Shown in pieces: positions 1 through 17,696 of a stretch of DNA of 64,000 nucleotides. This stretch comes from Eledone cirrhosa (Eukaryota). The notes under the pieces were generated by a model. The model was not told the DNA's origin and ran no database searches. It saw nothing but the letters and a program-made list of their open reading frames with translations. A program made the position numbers and the translations under genes. Every line of letters begins with the position of its first letter. The stretch's first letter is position 1. Where the stretch lies: the NCBI GenBank assembly GCA_964016885.1, contig OZ024750.1, forward strand, positions 46,252,001-46,316,000. Reading direction: 5' to 3'.

Positions 1-1445
1 ATGTGTATGTATATGTGTGAATGTATATGTGTATGTATATTTGTGTTGATATATGTGTATGTATATGTGTGTATGTATATGTGTGTATGTATATATGTGT
101 GCATATGTGTGTATGTATATATGTGTATGTATATCTGTGTATGTATATGTGTATGTATATGTATGTATATGTGTGTATGTATATGTGTGTATGTATATGT
201 GTGTATGTACATGTGTGTATGTATATGTGTGTATGTATATGTGTGTATGTATATGTGTATGTATATGTGTGTATGTATATGTGTATGTATATGTCTGTAT
301 GTACATGTGTGTATGTATATGTGTGTATGTATATGTGTGGATGTAAATGTGTATGTATATGTGTGTGTGTGTATGTATATGTGTATGTATATGTCTGTAT
401 GTATATGTCTGTATGTATATGTGTGTATGTGTCTGTGTATTTGTGTATGCGTGTTCTGAGTGAGAGAATATGTATAGGTGAATGTGTGTTTGTGTATGTG
501 TGTGTGTTTGTGTGTTTCTGTGTGTGTTGTTGTGTTGTTGTATGTGTGTTGTGTGTGTTGTTGTTGTTGTGTTGTTGTTGTGTTGTTGTTGTTGTGTTGT
601 TGTTGTGTTGTTGTGTTGTTGTGTTGTTGTGTTGTGTTGTTGTGTGTGTTGTTTGTGTGTGTTGTTGTTGTGTTTGTTGTTGTGTTGTTGTTGGTGTCTG
701 TTTTGTTGTGTGTGTTGTTGTGTGTTGTTGTTTGTGTTGTTGTTGTGTGTGTGTTGTGTGTGTGTGTCTGTTGTTGTTGTGTATGTGTGTGTTGTGTGTG
801 TTGTTGTATGTGTTGTTGTATGTGTTGTTGTGTTGTTGTGTTGTGTTGTTGTGTGTCTGTGTGTAGATATTTATGTTTAAGTTAGTGTGTATCATCTAAA
901 GACTTCGTTATTTAATAAAATCCCTTCTTCACACACCCCCATTCACCCCACCCCACCCTTCCACCTTCCCTACAAATTACTCTCCACGCCGCCGCTCCAT
1001 TCAATGAAAGCAACAAAGAGAGAAATAAACACTTAATCTTTTAACTTTATTAAATTGCTGAGTTGTTGTTGTTGTTGTTGTTGCCTTTATATATAGTTAG
1101 TTTTTACCTCAGTTAGCACTACATGGGAGGAGGGGAGAGGGTGTAGATGGACGTAGGGGGAGGAGGGGGGAGAAGAAGAAGAAGAAGAAGAAGAAGAAGA
1201 AGAAGAAGAAGAAGAAGAAGAAGAAGAAGAAGAAGAAGAAGAAAAATAATAATAATAAGAAGAAGAAAATAATAATAATAAGAAGAAGAAGAAGAAGAAG
1301 GAAAAAGAAGAGGAAAAAGAAGACGAAGAAGGAGGAAAAAGAAGAAGAAGAAGAAGAAGAAGAAGAAGAAGAAGAAGAAGAAGAAGAAGAGGAAAAAAGA
1401 AAAAAAGAAGAAGAAGAAGAAGAAGAAAAAGAAGAAGAAGAAGAA

Positions 1446-1477
<32 letters not shown>

Positions 1478-2040
1478 AGAAGAATGCCACTAATTTGTGT
1501 ATAATGTTCATTATCGTTACTCTTGTTGTTTTTGTTTGTTTGTTTTCTATTGTTGTTGTTATTGTTGTTGATGTTGTTTATATTATTGTTGATATTGTTG
1601 ATGTTGTTTATATTGTTGTTGTTGATATTGTTGTTATTATTGTTATTGTTGTTATTGTTGTTATTGTTGTTATTATTGTTATGTTGTTATTGTTGTTATT
1701 GTTGTTATTGTTGTTATTGTTGTTATTATTGTTGTTATTGCTGTTGTTTTGTTAGTGTTGTTGTTGTTGGTGTTGTTATTGCTGTTGTTGTTGTTGTTGT
1801 TGTTGTTGTTGCTGCTCTGCTGCTGCTGCTGCTGTTGTTGTTGTTGTTGTTGGTGTTGACGTTGTTATTGCCGCTGTTGTTGTTGTTGTTGATGTTGTTA
1901 TTGCTGCTGTTGTTGTTGATGTTGTTATTGCTATTGTTGTTGTTGGTGGTGGTGGTGTTGTTGGTGTTGTTATTGCTGCTGATGTTGTTGTTGTTGTTTT
2001 TGGTGGAGGTGGTGGTGGTGTTGGTGTTGGTGTTGTTGTA
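1..2040. repeat. Compound simple repeats: (TGTA/TG)n, (TTG)n, (GAA)n
   Basis: Low-complexity arrays seen directly; overlapping ORFs are homopolymeric. Confidence 0.95.
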
Positions 2041-2194
2041 GTTTAAACAACATTTGTTATTTTCCTTACTTCAATCGTTTAATTTATAAACACTCTGACA
2101 AATTTGAAAATATGTATTTTATATAGCTTTATGTTATGTTATATGTATGTGTATATATATACACATACAAACACATGTGCATGTATATGTGGGT

Positions 2195-2234
<40 letters not shown>

Positions 2235-2677
2235 GTGCATGATTGTGTGGGTGTGTATTTATATATATGTGTGTGGGAGGGGTTCATGTTCGTATTGGAG
2301 TATGTATGTCTATGTATGTTACTTTGTTAGTTTGCGACTCTATATGTCTAGCAATATGGCTGTTGTTTGTTGTCTGATATATAATATCCAAGTTCACTCA
2401 ATTTTAAATTCTAGATATTGTAGAATGATACCCATCAATTTCTGAAATATTTTCTCCACGTCTCTGTAATTTAGAAATAAACACAGCAGCAACATCGTTA
2501 TCAAAGATTTCAGTATCATAAATTCCGTTGTTTTTAAAACGAAGATTCGTTGTATAAAACCCACCAACGACCGAATTTATATTAGCATGAGCAATATCGT
2601 CACACAAGAACAGAGTGGTATGGTCGGAATATAGATCATAGAAACACGAGAAAATCAAAATATAAAACTTTAAATAT

Positions 2678-3433
2678 AATTGTTTCTACTTTAGGCAGAA
2701 GGCCAGCAATTACCCAGTGCATTACTGGTACTTTATTTTATCGACCCCGTAAGGATGAAAGGCAAAGTCAACTTCGGTAGGATTTGAACTCAGATCGTAA
2801 AGGGACGTAACTATGCTGGAAAGCATGGCGTCCGACCCTCTACCGATACTGCCAAATGATTTCTACAATAGGTAGAAGGCCAGTAATTTGGATGATGGGA
2901 AAGTCGATTAAATCGGCCCCAATGCATTACTGGTGCTTTATGTTATCGTCCCCGTAAGGATGAAAGGCCAACCTAACCTCGGCAGGATTTGATCTCAGAT
3001 CATAAAGCGCCGTAACTCTTTGCTGCAAAGCATGGCGCCCGACCCTCTACCGACACTGCCAATCCACCACAAATCCTAATACTAATAACAATAATAATTA
3101 TACTGCAACTTACAATAATAGAATTAATAACTGAAACAATTATGTTGAATACAGCAAAACTAATAAAATAAAATAATTGTAACATTTCTAATAATTGTTT
3201 CTACTTTAGGCACAAGGCCAGCAATTACCCAGTACATTATTGGTACTTTATTTTATCGACCCCGTAAGGATGAAAGGCAAAGTTAACCTATGGTAATAAA
3301 CTATAGCATATTATTTCCTTTCTTTCGTTACTTTAATAGATTAAACTTACTTCGGGATTTGATCTCAGAACGTAAATGGCCATAACTATAGTACAAAGCA
3401 TGGTGTCTGACGCTCTACCGATACTGCCAATCC
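2678..3433 (-). mobile_element. Cluster of ~3 tRNA-derived SINE copies (MetaSINE-like core), one split
   Basis: Reverse complement of GTTCAAATCC B-box followed by CTTTGCCTTTCATCCTTACGGGGTCGATAAAATAAAGTACCAG. Confidence 0.8.
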
Positions 3434-3801
3434 TCATACGAAGACTGGTGTTTAGAGTTTCGTACTTGAGATTATAAAATTATCACATCAACTGATGCAT
3501 TGAGTTTTTAAGCACTTCACTTCATTTCACGTTGCTCTAGATCAGTTGAACATGAGAATAAATGTCCTCTGACGAACAGTGAAAGTCACATATCTTCAGA
3601 GGCTTAACACTCATGAAAACGAGATATGCTCCTAGATTCTTAGTTTCTGTTCTCCCCCCTATCCAAACTTTCCTTATGAATGATTTCTGTCCGAAACGTC
3701 GAGATCTCATCCACTTCAACCAAGCAAGAACCAAATATAACTGTTTAAAATTGACTGTTGTGTTTTGTCTGTTCATTTTTCAACTGTATATATATATATA
3801 T

Positions 3802-4214
<413 letters not shown>

Positions 4215-4217
4215 TAT

Positions 4218-4388
<171 letters not shown>

Positions 4389-5179
4389 TAGCGGAGATAT
4401 TGCATAATATCGACGCGATGGTCCAGGTTTGTCATATTTTCCTGAGTCAGTTTTCTCGTTGCTTTGGTCCCTGCGGCTGACCTACAGGACGCTATCTTCA
4501 ATTTGCAAAGCTGTCTAAACGTAATGTCATCACTCTATGGTAAAATATCTCATTGAGTGCTTAGCCGCACATTCCGATTGCATTCGTTAGCTTAGCTGCT
4601 GCCTTGGTTGCCCTTGAAATATGTATAATAAAATAAATATGGTTTTATAAATATAGTTTCCATTTATTAATATATTGTATATATATATAAATGCGAGTCT
4701 CTGTTGATTATACCGTACATAATAATCTACTTAAATTGTTATTATTATTTTTGTGGTAGTTTTGTTTTGCTACTTTTTCTCCTCGAAATATTTCTGTCTA
4801 CGAAGCAGTTAATAGTTAGTCTTTAGTGTTTGGCTTTAGTGTTTAGTCTTTAATGATGTTGTTATACTGCACTAATATTCCTTCTTATATGATAAAACTA
4901 GTAATACTGTTTAGTTTCCAATATTTTGGTAGATTGCCATAAATTGATTTCATTAGATTTCAAAATATTTCTATCTACATAATTTTCTAGTTTACATTCC
5001 TTTATGTTGCTGCTGCTGCTACTACTGCTGCTGTTGTTGCTGTTGTTGTTTTTTTTTGTTTTTTTTATAGAAATATATAATAAATATTAACAAAATGATA
5101 TTCTGTTTCTCTCCAATTTCTCCAAAATAGATTGTTCCATACTTTTACAGAAAAAGTTATTAATTTTTGTTTTCATGAT

Positions 5180-5228
<49 letters not shown>

Positions 5229-5284
5229 GTAAATTTTTATGAAGAGGAATATGTTGCGGATGATGATGATGATGATGATAATGA

Positions 5285-5765
5285 TTTCTAGTATAGGCAC
5301 AAGGCCAGTAATTATGGCGAGGGGAGAGTCGAGAAAATCTTCCCCAGTACGTTACTGGTAATTTATTTTATCGACCCCGTAGAATGAAAGGCAAATTCAA
5401 CCCTGGCAGGATTTGAACTCAGACTGTAAAGGACCGTAACTCTATTCTCTAAAGCATGATGACTGACTCTCTACTAATGCACCGCCCTAATGATAATGGT
5501 TTCTTATTTAGGAACATGGCCAGTGATTTGGGGGAAGGGGAAAGTCGATTAAATCGACCCCAGAGGGTGACTGGTACTTTATTTTATCGACCAGGTAAGG
5601 ACGAAAGGCAAAGCTAACCATTATTAATATTACAATTGCGAAGTCAACTTTAACCTTTCATCCTTACGGGGTCGATAAAATAAAGTACCAGTAATGCACT
5701 GGGAGAGATTTCATCGATTTTCCCCTCTTCCCCAATTGTTGGTATTGTGCCTATTGTAGAAATCA
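5285..5765. mobile_element. Three SINE copies/fragments (two -, one +)
   Basis: Same SINE core sequence as 2678-3433. Confidence 0.75.
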
Positions 5766-5802
5766 TAATAATAATAATTATTATTATTATTATTATTATT
5801 AT

Positions 5803-5871
<69 letters not shown>

Positions 5872-5936
5872 CAGAGCAGTAGCAGCAGCAGCAGTAGTAG
5901 TAGTAGTAGTAGTAGTAGCAGTAGCAGTAGTAGTAA

Positions 5937-5995
<59 letters not shown>

Positions 5996-6093
5996 TCAGT
6001 ATTATAGTAGTAGTAGTAGTAGTAGTATCAATATTATAGTAGTAGTAGTAGCAGCAGCAGTAGTAGTAGTAGTAGTAGTAGCAGTAGTAGTAA

Positions 6094-6141
<48 letters not shown>

Positions 6142-6149
6142 CAAAATTA

Positions 6150-6203
<54 letters not shown>

Positions 6204-6318
6204 CAGCAGCAGCAATATTATAGTATAGTAGTAGTAGTAGTAGCAGTAGTAGTAGTAATAGTAGTAGCAGTATTATAGTAGTAGTCGTAGTATTAGTAGT
6301 AGTAGTAGCAGCAGCAGC

Positions 6319-6365
<47 letters not shown>

Positions 6366-6443
6366 CAGCAGCAGCAGTAGTAGTAGTAGTAGTAGTAGTA
6401 GTAGCAGTAGTAGCAGTAGTAGTAGCAGCAGCAGCAGTAGTAA

Positions 6444-6499
<56 letters not shown>

Positions 6500-7640
6500 T
6501 GTGATGTGTTAGTAACTGTCTTTTCTGTTGTTTGTAATGCAATCGCTTGTATCTTTGTATTTACCATCATTCCTATGTAGCCATCCCCTCACCTAGCACT
6601 CTATCACTCTTTCCTCCGCTCACTCCTCACCCTCTCCCTCTCTCATTCTCTATCACCCTCTCCTCCTCTCTCTCTCCACCCTCTCACTCTCTATCACCCT
6701 CTCCTCCTGTCTCTCCCCACCCTCTCCCTCTCTCACTCTCTATCACCCTCTCCTCCTCTATCTCCCCACCCTCTTTCTCTTGCTCTCTTTCCACGTCTCT
6801 CTCTCTCTCCCACCCTCTCTCTCTCGCTCTCTCCTCCATTCTCGCTCTCTCCTCCACTCTCGCTCTCTCTCTCACTCTCTTCTTTCTCTCTCTTCATCCT
6901 CTCTCTCTCCTCTCTTTCCCACTCTCACTCTCTTTCTCTCTATTTCTCTCTTTTCATCCTCTCCCTCCTCTCTTTCCCTCTCTCACTCTCTTTCTCTCTT
7001 TCTCTCTTTCCCTCCGTCTCTCACTCTCTCTCTCTCTATATATATATGTCGTGTTGAATGTGTGTATTTGTGTGTCTATATGTATCTATCCCTTTCTCCT
7101 CTCCCCATCCCTCTCCCCCTCCTTTCACTCAACCTGTCATAACCTCTTTTCCCTTGCTTCAGAATTCCACTATTTATTTCACTTTATCAATATTTATAAA
7201 TTTATTAACTAACTTCGACGAAACAACACAACCGGAAGCTGAGCCATCAGCGATATTGCTTCCGCTCTTCTCAAATAGGTTCCTCCCCACCATGCACTCA
7301 TTATTGCAGTTCCCTCATGTCTGTGCTACCACCACACTACCACACACCATCGTGTTCCCTCACTACCCCCACACTACCACCACCATCTACCCTATCTGCA
7401 CCACCACCAACATCTCCACTATCCTCAGTATCTGTACCACCGCCACCGCCAACACCACCACCACCACCAACACCACCACCAACACCACCAACACCAACAC
7501 CTCCAAATCCATCACCAACTACACCACCACCAACATCAACACCAACAACACCACCAACTCCAACACCAACACCAACAAAACCAGCATCACCACCAACAAC
7601 AACAACACCAACACCTCAAACACCACCAACAACAAGGTGA
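5765..7640. repeat. (ATT)n, (AGT/AGC)n, (CT)n-rich and (ACC)n-rich simple repeats
   Basis: Seen directly. Confidence 0.9.
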
Positions 7641-8220
7641 TAAAGACGCTGATGATGATGATGATGATGATGATGACACTAAGAAGATAAAGACGCTGAC
7701 GATGATGATGATGATGATGACACTAAGATGATAAAGACGCTGACGATGATGATGATGACACTGAAGATGATAAAGACGCTGACGATGATGATGATGATGA
7801 TGATGATGACACTAAGATGATAAAGACGCTGACGATGATGATGATGATGATGACACTAAGATGATAAAGACGCTGACGATGATGATGATGATGATGATGA
7901 TGACACGAAGATGATAAAGACGCTGACGACGACGACGATGATGATGATGATGATGATGATGACACTAAGATGATAAAGACGCTGACGATGATGACGATGA
8001 TGATGATGACACTAAGATGATAAAGACGCTGACGATGATGATGATGATGATGATGATGATGACACTAAGATGATAAAGACGCTGACGACGATGATGATGA
8101 TGATGATGACACTAAGATGATAAAGACGCTGACGACGATGATGATGATGATGATGACACTAAGATGATAAAGACGCTGACGATGATGATGATGACACTAA
8201 GATGATAAAGACGCTGCCGA
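7632..8220 (+). repeat. Minisatellite, ~14 units of AAGATGATAAAGACGCTGAC(GAT)nGACACT
   Basis: Constant core with variable (GAT)n per unit. Confidence 0.9.
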
Positions 8221-8683
8221 CCACCATTACGATGTTCTCGTTAATATCATGTTTATTTTGTCATTAGATTAATTACGTGACAACAACTCTTTTGTTGCTC
8301 CTACCCCCTATTGTTGTTGTTGTTGTTGTTGTTAGTCGTGGTGGTGGTGGTAGTGGAAGTGGTGGTGGTAGTGTTGGTGTTGGTGTTGGTGATAGTGTTG
8401 TTGTTGTTGTTGTAGGTGGTGGTGGTGGTGTTTGTGGTTGTGGTGTTGGTGCTGGTGGTGGTGGTGGTGGTGGTGTTGGTGTTGGTGATGGTGGTGGTGG
8501 TGTTGGTGTTGTTGTTGTTGTTGGTAGTGGTGGTGGTGGTGGTGGTGGTGGTGATGGTGGTGGTGGTGTTGGTGTTGGTGATGGTGTTGTTGTTGTTGTT
8601 GTTGTTGTTGTTGGTGGTGGTGGTGCTCGTTGTTGTTACTGTTGCCATGTATTTCCTGCTTATATTATTATGGCAGTATATAG

Positions 8684-8882
8684 AAGGGCGGTGGATTGGC
8701 AGTACCGGTAGAGGGTCGAACGCCATGATTTGACGCATAGAGGTACGGCCCTTGCCATTCTGAGTTCAACAAATCCTGCCGGGGTTAACTTTGCCTTTCA
8801 TCCTTACGGGGGTCGATAAAATAAAGTACCAGTAATATACTGGGTGATTGCTGGCCTTGTGCCAAAAGTAGAAACAATTATT
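8684..8882 (+). mobile_element. tRNA-derived SINE, full length
   Basis: A-box-like TGGCAGTACCGGTAG, GTTCAA B-box, conserved core, tail AAAGTAGAAACAATTATT. Confidence 0.85.
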
Positions 8883-9246
8883 ACATATTTTTTGTGTTAT
8901 TACTATTCTCTATTACATATTGGTCCTTACGATTCCAACACATGTATATTTATATTAGTGTTCAACTCTCTTCTATATTCAATTATATTCAATTATATTA
9001 AACGGCTCGGGAAGGCTTTTTTATAAGAGTTATTTAATTGTAAGAGACTACTCTGAGTTTCTAACTCACTATATATTTGTCGGTTCCATCATGTAGAGCT
9101 AATTTTAATATCCTGTTAGCCAGGCTGCTATTTTTATCGGCATGGAATTTCGAGACAAGCTGGGTTCCGAAGACACGTGTGATAATTCTTATCGCACGCA
9201 ATTCAGTCTCTAATATTTTTAGAAGTTGAAGGATCACTAATTTCTC

Positions 9247-9328
9247 AACAACTACTGAGGGGAAGAGAAAAGAGTGGACTTCACTTAATAAGATGTTGCG
9301 AAACAGTCTCCAAAACTGTCTAGTTGTT
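9247..9328 (+). ncRNA. Degenerate type I hammerhead motif
   Basis: AACAACTA/TAGTTGTT stem I, CTGAGGG core (A9->G), GAAA, stem III ACAGT/ACTGT, GUC site; stem II poorly paired. Confidence 0.55.
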
Positions 9329-9641
9329 ACCAGGCGATTGCCCAATATAGGTCTGTTATTTTTCTTAATTTAATATTTAAAATTAAGTCTGACAAACGAT
9401 ATTGCTGTAGTTAGTATGTTTTCCCCCTAGCTAACCTAATCCTTACGATTCGAACACATGTCTGTTTATATATTAGTGTTTATCTCTCTTGTTTATTTAA
9501 TTATATTCTCTATTATATTAAGTTATATTTATTAAGGCATGTTTTATCGTACACCGCTTATTATTGTTGTTGTTGTTGCTGTTGTTGTTGTTGTTGCAGC
9601 TGTTGTTGTTGATGTTGCTGTTGTTGTTGTTGTTATTGCGG

Positions 9642-9688
<47 letters not shown>

Positions 9689-9883
9689 GCTGGTGTTGTT
9701 GTTGTTGCTGTTGTTGTTGGTGGTGGTATTGTTGTTGCTGTTGTTGTTGTTGTTTCTGCTTTTGTTTTTGTTGCTGATGCTGCTGTTATTGTTGTTGTTG
9801 TTGTTGTTGTTGTTGTCGTCGTAGTCTCCATTAACAGAATTAGTACGTGTATACAACTAATACACTGTATTATTATATATACA

Positions 9884-10074
9884 GGGGCGGTGGATTGACA
9901 GTATTGGTAGAGGGTCGGACATAATGCTTTGCAGCATAGAGTTACGGCCCTTTATCATCTGAGTTCAAATCCCGCGCAAGTTAACTTTGGCTTTCATCTT
10001 TACGGGGTCCATAAAATAAAGTACCAGTAATACACTTGGGTAATTGCTGGCCTTGTGCCAAAAGTAGTAACAAT
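9884..10074 (+). mobile_element. tRNA-derived SINE
   Basis: Same family as 8684-8882. Confidence 0.85.
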
Positions 10075-10199
10075 TATATATTATATATATATATGCTTAC
10101 ATATAAGGGATCCTTCTTTTGTAATCTGACATCACGTAACTACAATATCAAATATGTATTTGGGAATAATGTTATCAATTCTTTTTTTTTTTTCGATCG

Positions 10200-10402
10200 A
10201 CTTTCGTCAAATCGGACCGAGGAAACAATGTTTCCGTTGGTCTTTCCAATTGCTAATACTATCTATCGCTCGCAACTCCAGGTAGAAGGAGCAACGTGAA
10301 CTAAAGTATCTTGCTCAAGGACATAACGCATCGCCTGATCCAGGAATCGAACTCATGACCTCACGATTGCGAATCCAATTCTCTTACCACTCAGCCACAC
10401 GC
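10200..10402 (-). mobile_element. tRNA-derived SINE of a second family
   Basis: Minus strand reads GTGGCTGAGTGGTAAG...GTTCGATTCC followed by TGTCCTTGAGCAAGATACTT core. Confidence 0.7.
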
Positions 10403-10924
10403 TGACTTTATCAATCGATATCTTAATTGTATAAGCCTCAGCTATATTACATTTGCAATCATAATTATATATATTTAATCATATTGATAAACAATGTGTA
10501 ATATCCAAGTTGAATATTTTCATAATTTTATTTAAATATTTCAATAATTTAATTATACATGTTTAACCATAGTAATAAACAACATGTTATCTTAATTGTC
10601 TATATTTTAACCACATAACTATATAATCACTTATCTTAATTATTTTAATGTTATTAATATTAATAAATAATGCCTATTGACTTAATTATTCATACATTTC
10701 TCATATTTATAAACGATGTAATTTTATTAGTAAAATGTTAAACTGTTTTATATTATTTTATATTTAATTACACTTATTACATTTTCCCGCTTAGTCAGGA
10801 GATCCGAGACTGATGAGAGAGAGGGGAAGGATGTCCTTCTTAAATCGAAGATATGTGCTAAATATTTGCAATAGAGATAACTCTAGTAAAGACACCCAAT
10901 GAGTAGGGAGTGATGTTATGTATA

Positions 10925-11110
10925 AGGGAAGTGGATTGGCAGTATCGGTAGAGGGTCGGACGCCATGCTTTCCAGCATAGTTACGTCCCTTTACGATCTG
11001 AGTTCAAATCCAACCGAGGTTGACTTTGCCTTTCATCCTTACGGGGTCGATAAAATAAAGTACCAGTAATGCACTGGGTAATTGCTGGCCTGGTGCCTAA
11101 AGTAGAAACA
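10925..11110 (+). mobile_element. tRNA-derived SINE
   Basis: Same family as 8684-8882. Confidence 0.85.
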
Positions 11111-11869
11111 GTTATGTATATATGATCCCGTAACTGTTTATAGAGTCGTAGGAGTGCCCTACTGACATAAGGCGTTTCTTGGGTATTTTAAGCTTGGCAG
11201 AGCCCATCCCTCTCCAGGTCTGATTACAGCAGATTTCTTCTAGAGAAATATAGGAAGTGTGAGAGAGGAAATGAGAAAAAAGATATAGAGGAAGAATCGC
11301 CCCCAATACTAGACTGGTACTTTTTTTAACAACCTAGAAAGGATGAAAAGCAAAGTTGATCTCGGCAGGATTTGAAGTCAGAGAGCAGAGACCCAGAACG
11401 AATAACATAAAGCATTCTATACCATCTGGATAAGTCTACCAACCAAAGGTAAGAGCTGGAGGCAGCAGTAATTTAGCGATACCACAAATGCACCATGATT
11501 CAGAATAAACGTATATATGGACTCATACACAATATGTTTATGTATGATAAACATTCATCTAGACTCAAGCCGGATTCCAGCTACATCAAGTCGGATTCCA
11601 GCTTCATCCCAAAGTTCTCTCATATCTTAACTTTGGGCGCCTACCGTACTTGTACCTCAAGTGCTAGAAGGAAGATACATTTCTAAGCTTTCTTTTATGC
11701 TCGGATCGTATAAGCATGTTTGTGTAGGTATTACACAATAAACGCTTGCAATATACACATGGTTTAAATGGAGGTTCAGTGAGTGAGAATCTGTGACCTA
11801 AAGAAAAGCTCAATTTTTATTTTTTTATCTGATTATCTCATAAAAACTGTTTCAACAGCCACTATATGT

Positions 11870-14430
<2,561 letters not shown>

Positions 14431-14866
14431 GCTGCTTCGGCTGTGTGTTTGCCCCATAATTACATTTACTAGCAGAAAAACCAACCTATGGGTGGTTTTC
14501 TACTAGCATGTGTAGTGTGTATATTGATATTATACGCAGGTATATATACATGTAGATATGATAGATCAAATAACATCGTAATTGACAATATATACAGAAA
14601 TTGAACGAAGATGTTACACTGTCTTATGTAATCAGTAACGTAATCGATGATACCTTAAAAAAAAGACGATATTATATATAAACTGCACTAGGAGAAAATT
14701 AGTGACAGAAATATATGAATGTTTATTTAAGCGATCGCTAACCGGAAATGTTGACATTTGAAAATTTTAAAGAAGTGAATCTTTAAATAAGTAATAAAAT
14801 ATATTTAATCAACAGCCACGAAATTTAATAGATAAATTATGTAATATTCATTCACTATTTATACAA

Positions 14867-15058
14867 AGGGCGGTGGATTGGCAGTATCGGTAGAGGGTCG
14901 GTCGCCATGCTTTGCAGCATAGAGTTACGGCCCTTTATGGTCTGAGTTCAACTCCCGCCGAGGTTAACTTTGCCTTTCATCATTACGGGGTCGATAAAAT
15001 GAAGTACCAGTAATACATTGGGTATTTGGTGGCCTTGTGCCAAAGGTATAAACAATTA
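14867..15058 (+). mobile_element. tRNA-derived SINE
   Basis: Same family as 8684-8882. Confidence 0.85.
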
Positions 15059-15209
15059 TTTATTCAAAATAATCCAACTTATTTTACTAACGGGATAAAA
15101 AAAATATATTCTGGACGCAGTCCCGCGCTCCTTTCTTTATTATAGTTTAGATTTTCTTGGATTTCTAATTGTAATTGATATGGATAATGTTGATTTTATT
15201 GCTGTTGTT

Positions 15210-15521
15210 TACACTGTTGTTGTTGTTGGATGTGGTGGTGTTGTTGTTGCTGTTGTTGTTGGTGGTGGTGTTGGTGGTGTTGTTGGTGTTGTTGTTGATA
15301 GTGTTGTTGGTGGTGTTGTTGGTTTTGTTGTTGATAGTGTTGTTGTTGTTGGTTGTGTTGTTGATAGTATTGTTGCTGTTGAACGGTTTTGTTGTTGATA
15401 GTATTGTTGTTGTTCGGTGTTGTTATTTATAGTATTATTGTTGGTGTTGTCGTTGTAGGTGATGTTGTTGGTGGTGGTGTTGATATTTATACTCTTAATG
15501 TTGTTGTTATTGTTGTTGGTT

Positions 15522-15553
<32 letters not shown>

Positions 15554-15644
15554 GTTGTTGTTGTTGTTGTTGTTTATATTAAGACACGGATAATTGTAAT
15601 TAATTTATCTCATCTCGTAATTATTTTCGCCAACGCTGCAATAT

Positions 15645-15682
<38 letters not shown>

Positions 15683-16750
15683 TTTTTATGATGTAATTAC
15701 TCGCTGTAGCAGAGCTGGTCATGGTGGTGGGGTGTTGGTGTTATTGATGGTGGTGGTGGTGTGGTGTTGATGGTGGTGGGGATGGTGGTGATGGTGGTGT
15801 TTCTTGATGTTGTTGTTGTTTATGATGTAGTTACTCTCCTTCGCAGTACTGGTCATGGTGGTGGTGCTCGTGGTGTGGTGTTGATGGCGGTGGTGGTGTG
15901 GTGTTGATGGCGGTGGTGGTGATGGTGGTGGTGATGTTGGTGGCGGTGTGGTGTTGATGGCGCTGGTAATGGCGGTGGTGGTGGTGGTGTGATGTTGATG
16001 GTGGTGGTGATGGTGGTGGTGATGGTGGTGGTGATGGTGGTGGTGGTGCGGTGTTGATGGCGGTGGTAATGGTGTGATTGATGGTGATGTGGTGTTGATG
16101 GCGGTGGTGATGGCGGTGGTGTGGTGGTGGTGTGGTGTTGATGGCGGTGGTGATGGTGGTGGTGGTGATGATGTTGGTGGTGATGGTGGTGGTGGTGTGG
16201 TGTTGATGGCGCTGGTAATTTCGGTGGTGGTGGTGATGTGGTGTTGATAGCGGTGGTGATGGTGTGGTGACGGATGTGGTGGTGTGGTGTTGATGGCGGT
16301 AGTGATGGTGGTGGTGATGGTTGTGGTGGTGTGGTGTTGATGGCGGTTGTGTTGGTGGTGATGTTGGTGGTGGTTTGGTGTTGGTGGCGGTGGTGATGGT
16401 GGTGGTGATGGTTGTGGTGGTGTGGTGTTGATGGCGGTGGTGTTGGTGGTGATGGTGATGGTGGTGTTTCTTGATGTTGTTGTTGTTTATGATGTAGTTA
16501 CTCTCCTTAACAGTACTGGTCATGGTGGTGGTGGTGGTGGTGGTAGGGTGGCGGTGTTGATGTTGCTGGTTGTGGTGGTGGTGGTGGTGGTGGTGGTGGT
16601 GGTGAGGTGTTGATATTGGTGTTATTGTTGATGGTGGTGGTGGTATGGTGTATGTGGTGGTGGTGGGGTGTATGTGGTGTTGGTGGTGGGGTGTTGATGT
16701 TGGTGATAATGGTACATGTACTGGTGCTGGTGCTGGTATTTGTTGATGTC
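15210..16750. repeat. (TTG)/(GGT)-rich low-complexity repeat
   Basis: Seen directly. Confidence 0.9.
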
Positions 16751-16895
16751 TTTGTTGTTACCCATTGTTCTCCCATTATACGTATGTTTGTTCACATGGT
16801 TGGTCTTGAACTGGGCAGAAGAATGACGACGACACTGATGATATTACTGGTGATGATGATGAAATATTCAATGAAGATCTTTAATATATTGAGTA

Positions 16896-17516
16896 CTAGC
16901 AGAATTGCCCGGCGTTGCTCGGGATTTGCTCTAGGGTTCTTATATATTTGATATATATTTATCCTTATCGAGCCTCGTGAAATAAATACATTTGTTTATA
17001 TTTTGTTATTGTGTATGCAAAAATACCTGTACACCAATATATATATATATATTAAAATAACAGATTAAAGCTTAGGCAAAGAATCGCTGCTTTCACCCTT
17101 AACGGGATCTTCAGAAACTAAAAAAAAATCAATCTGTGAACGCAGAAGTAAATATTTCGAAAAACGTTACACACTATATATATATATACACTATATACAC
17201 ACACACACACACACACACACATACATATAGCGTCGTAATGTCGTAATGCAGACAGCCAGACATACAGACAGATATTATAAGGGCGCAACGTTAAATCTAT
17301 GTATCTATCTCAAAAGAAAACTAAGAATTATAGAGAGATAGATCGATAAATCGCCTAATGCGGTCCCTAGGCAATTGAAAATGTGAAATATTTTTTGCTC
17401 AAAAGACTCATAGGACCATAAGTATTACATGTGTAAAGTTTGAAAACAATCGGTTGGGTGGTTCTCAAGTTTTAGGGAGTCAGACAGACAGACATTCTCT
17501 GTTTTAGATATATAGA
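16896..17516 (-). mobile_element. Non-autonomous Helitron
   Basis: Minus strand: A|TC 5' end at 17516, subterminal hairpin CCCGAGCAACGCCGGG, CTAG|T 3' end at 16896, no TSD. Confidence 0.8.
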
Positions 17517-17696
17517 TGATAATGATGATGATTGTCATAGTAAAGATAACGTTATCATCTGCGTCATTGTCACAATAGAAGAAACACATTAAAACACAGA
17601 CACTGACACACATTCGTACAAGGACAGACACACAAACACAGTCACACATATACATACATGCATACATTTATATATATGTATCATCTGAGTATCTAT

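Noticed and set aside
3565-3602. CTGACGA...GAAA possible hammerhead
   Set aside because: No room for stem II and no NUH/stem I register.
7632-8220. CRISPR-like repeat-spacer pattern
   Set aside because: The variable parts are only (GAT)n length variants.
10925-11015. tRNA genes at SINE heads
   Set aside because: A/B boxes are present but there is no cloverleaf, and they are fused to the SINE body.
14469-14506. CTAG-bounded hairpin resembling a Helitron 3' end
   Set aside because: No matching 5' end or second copy identified.
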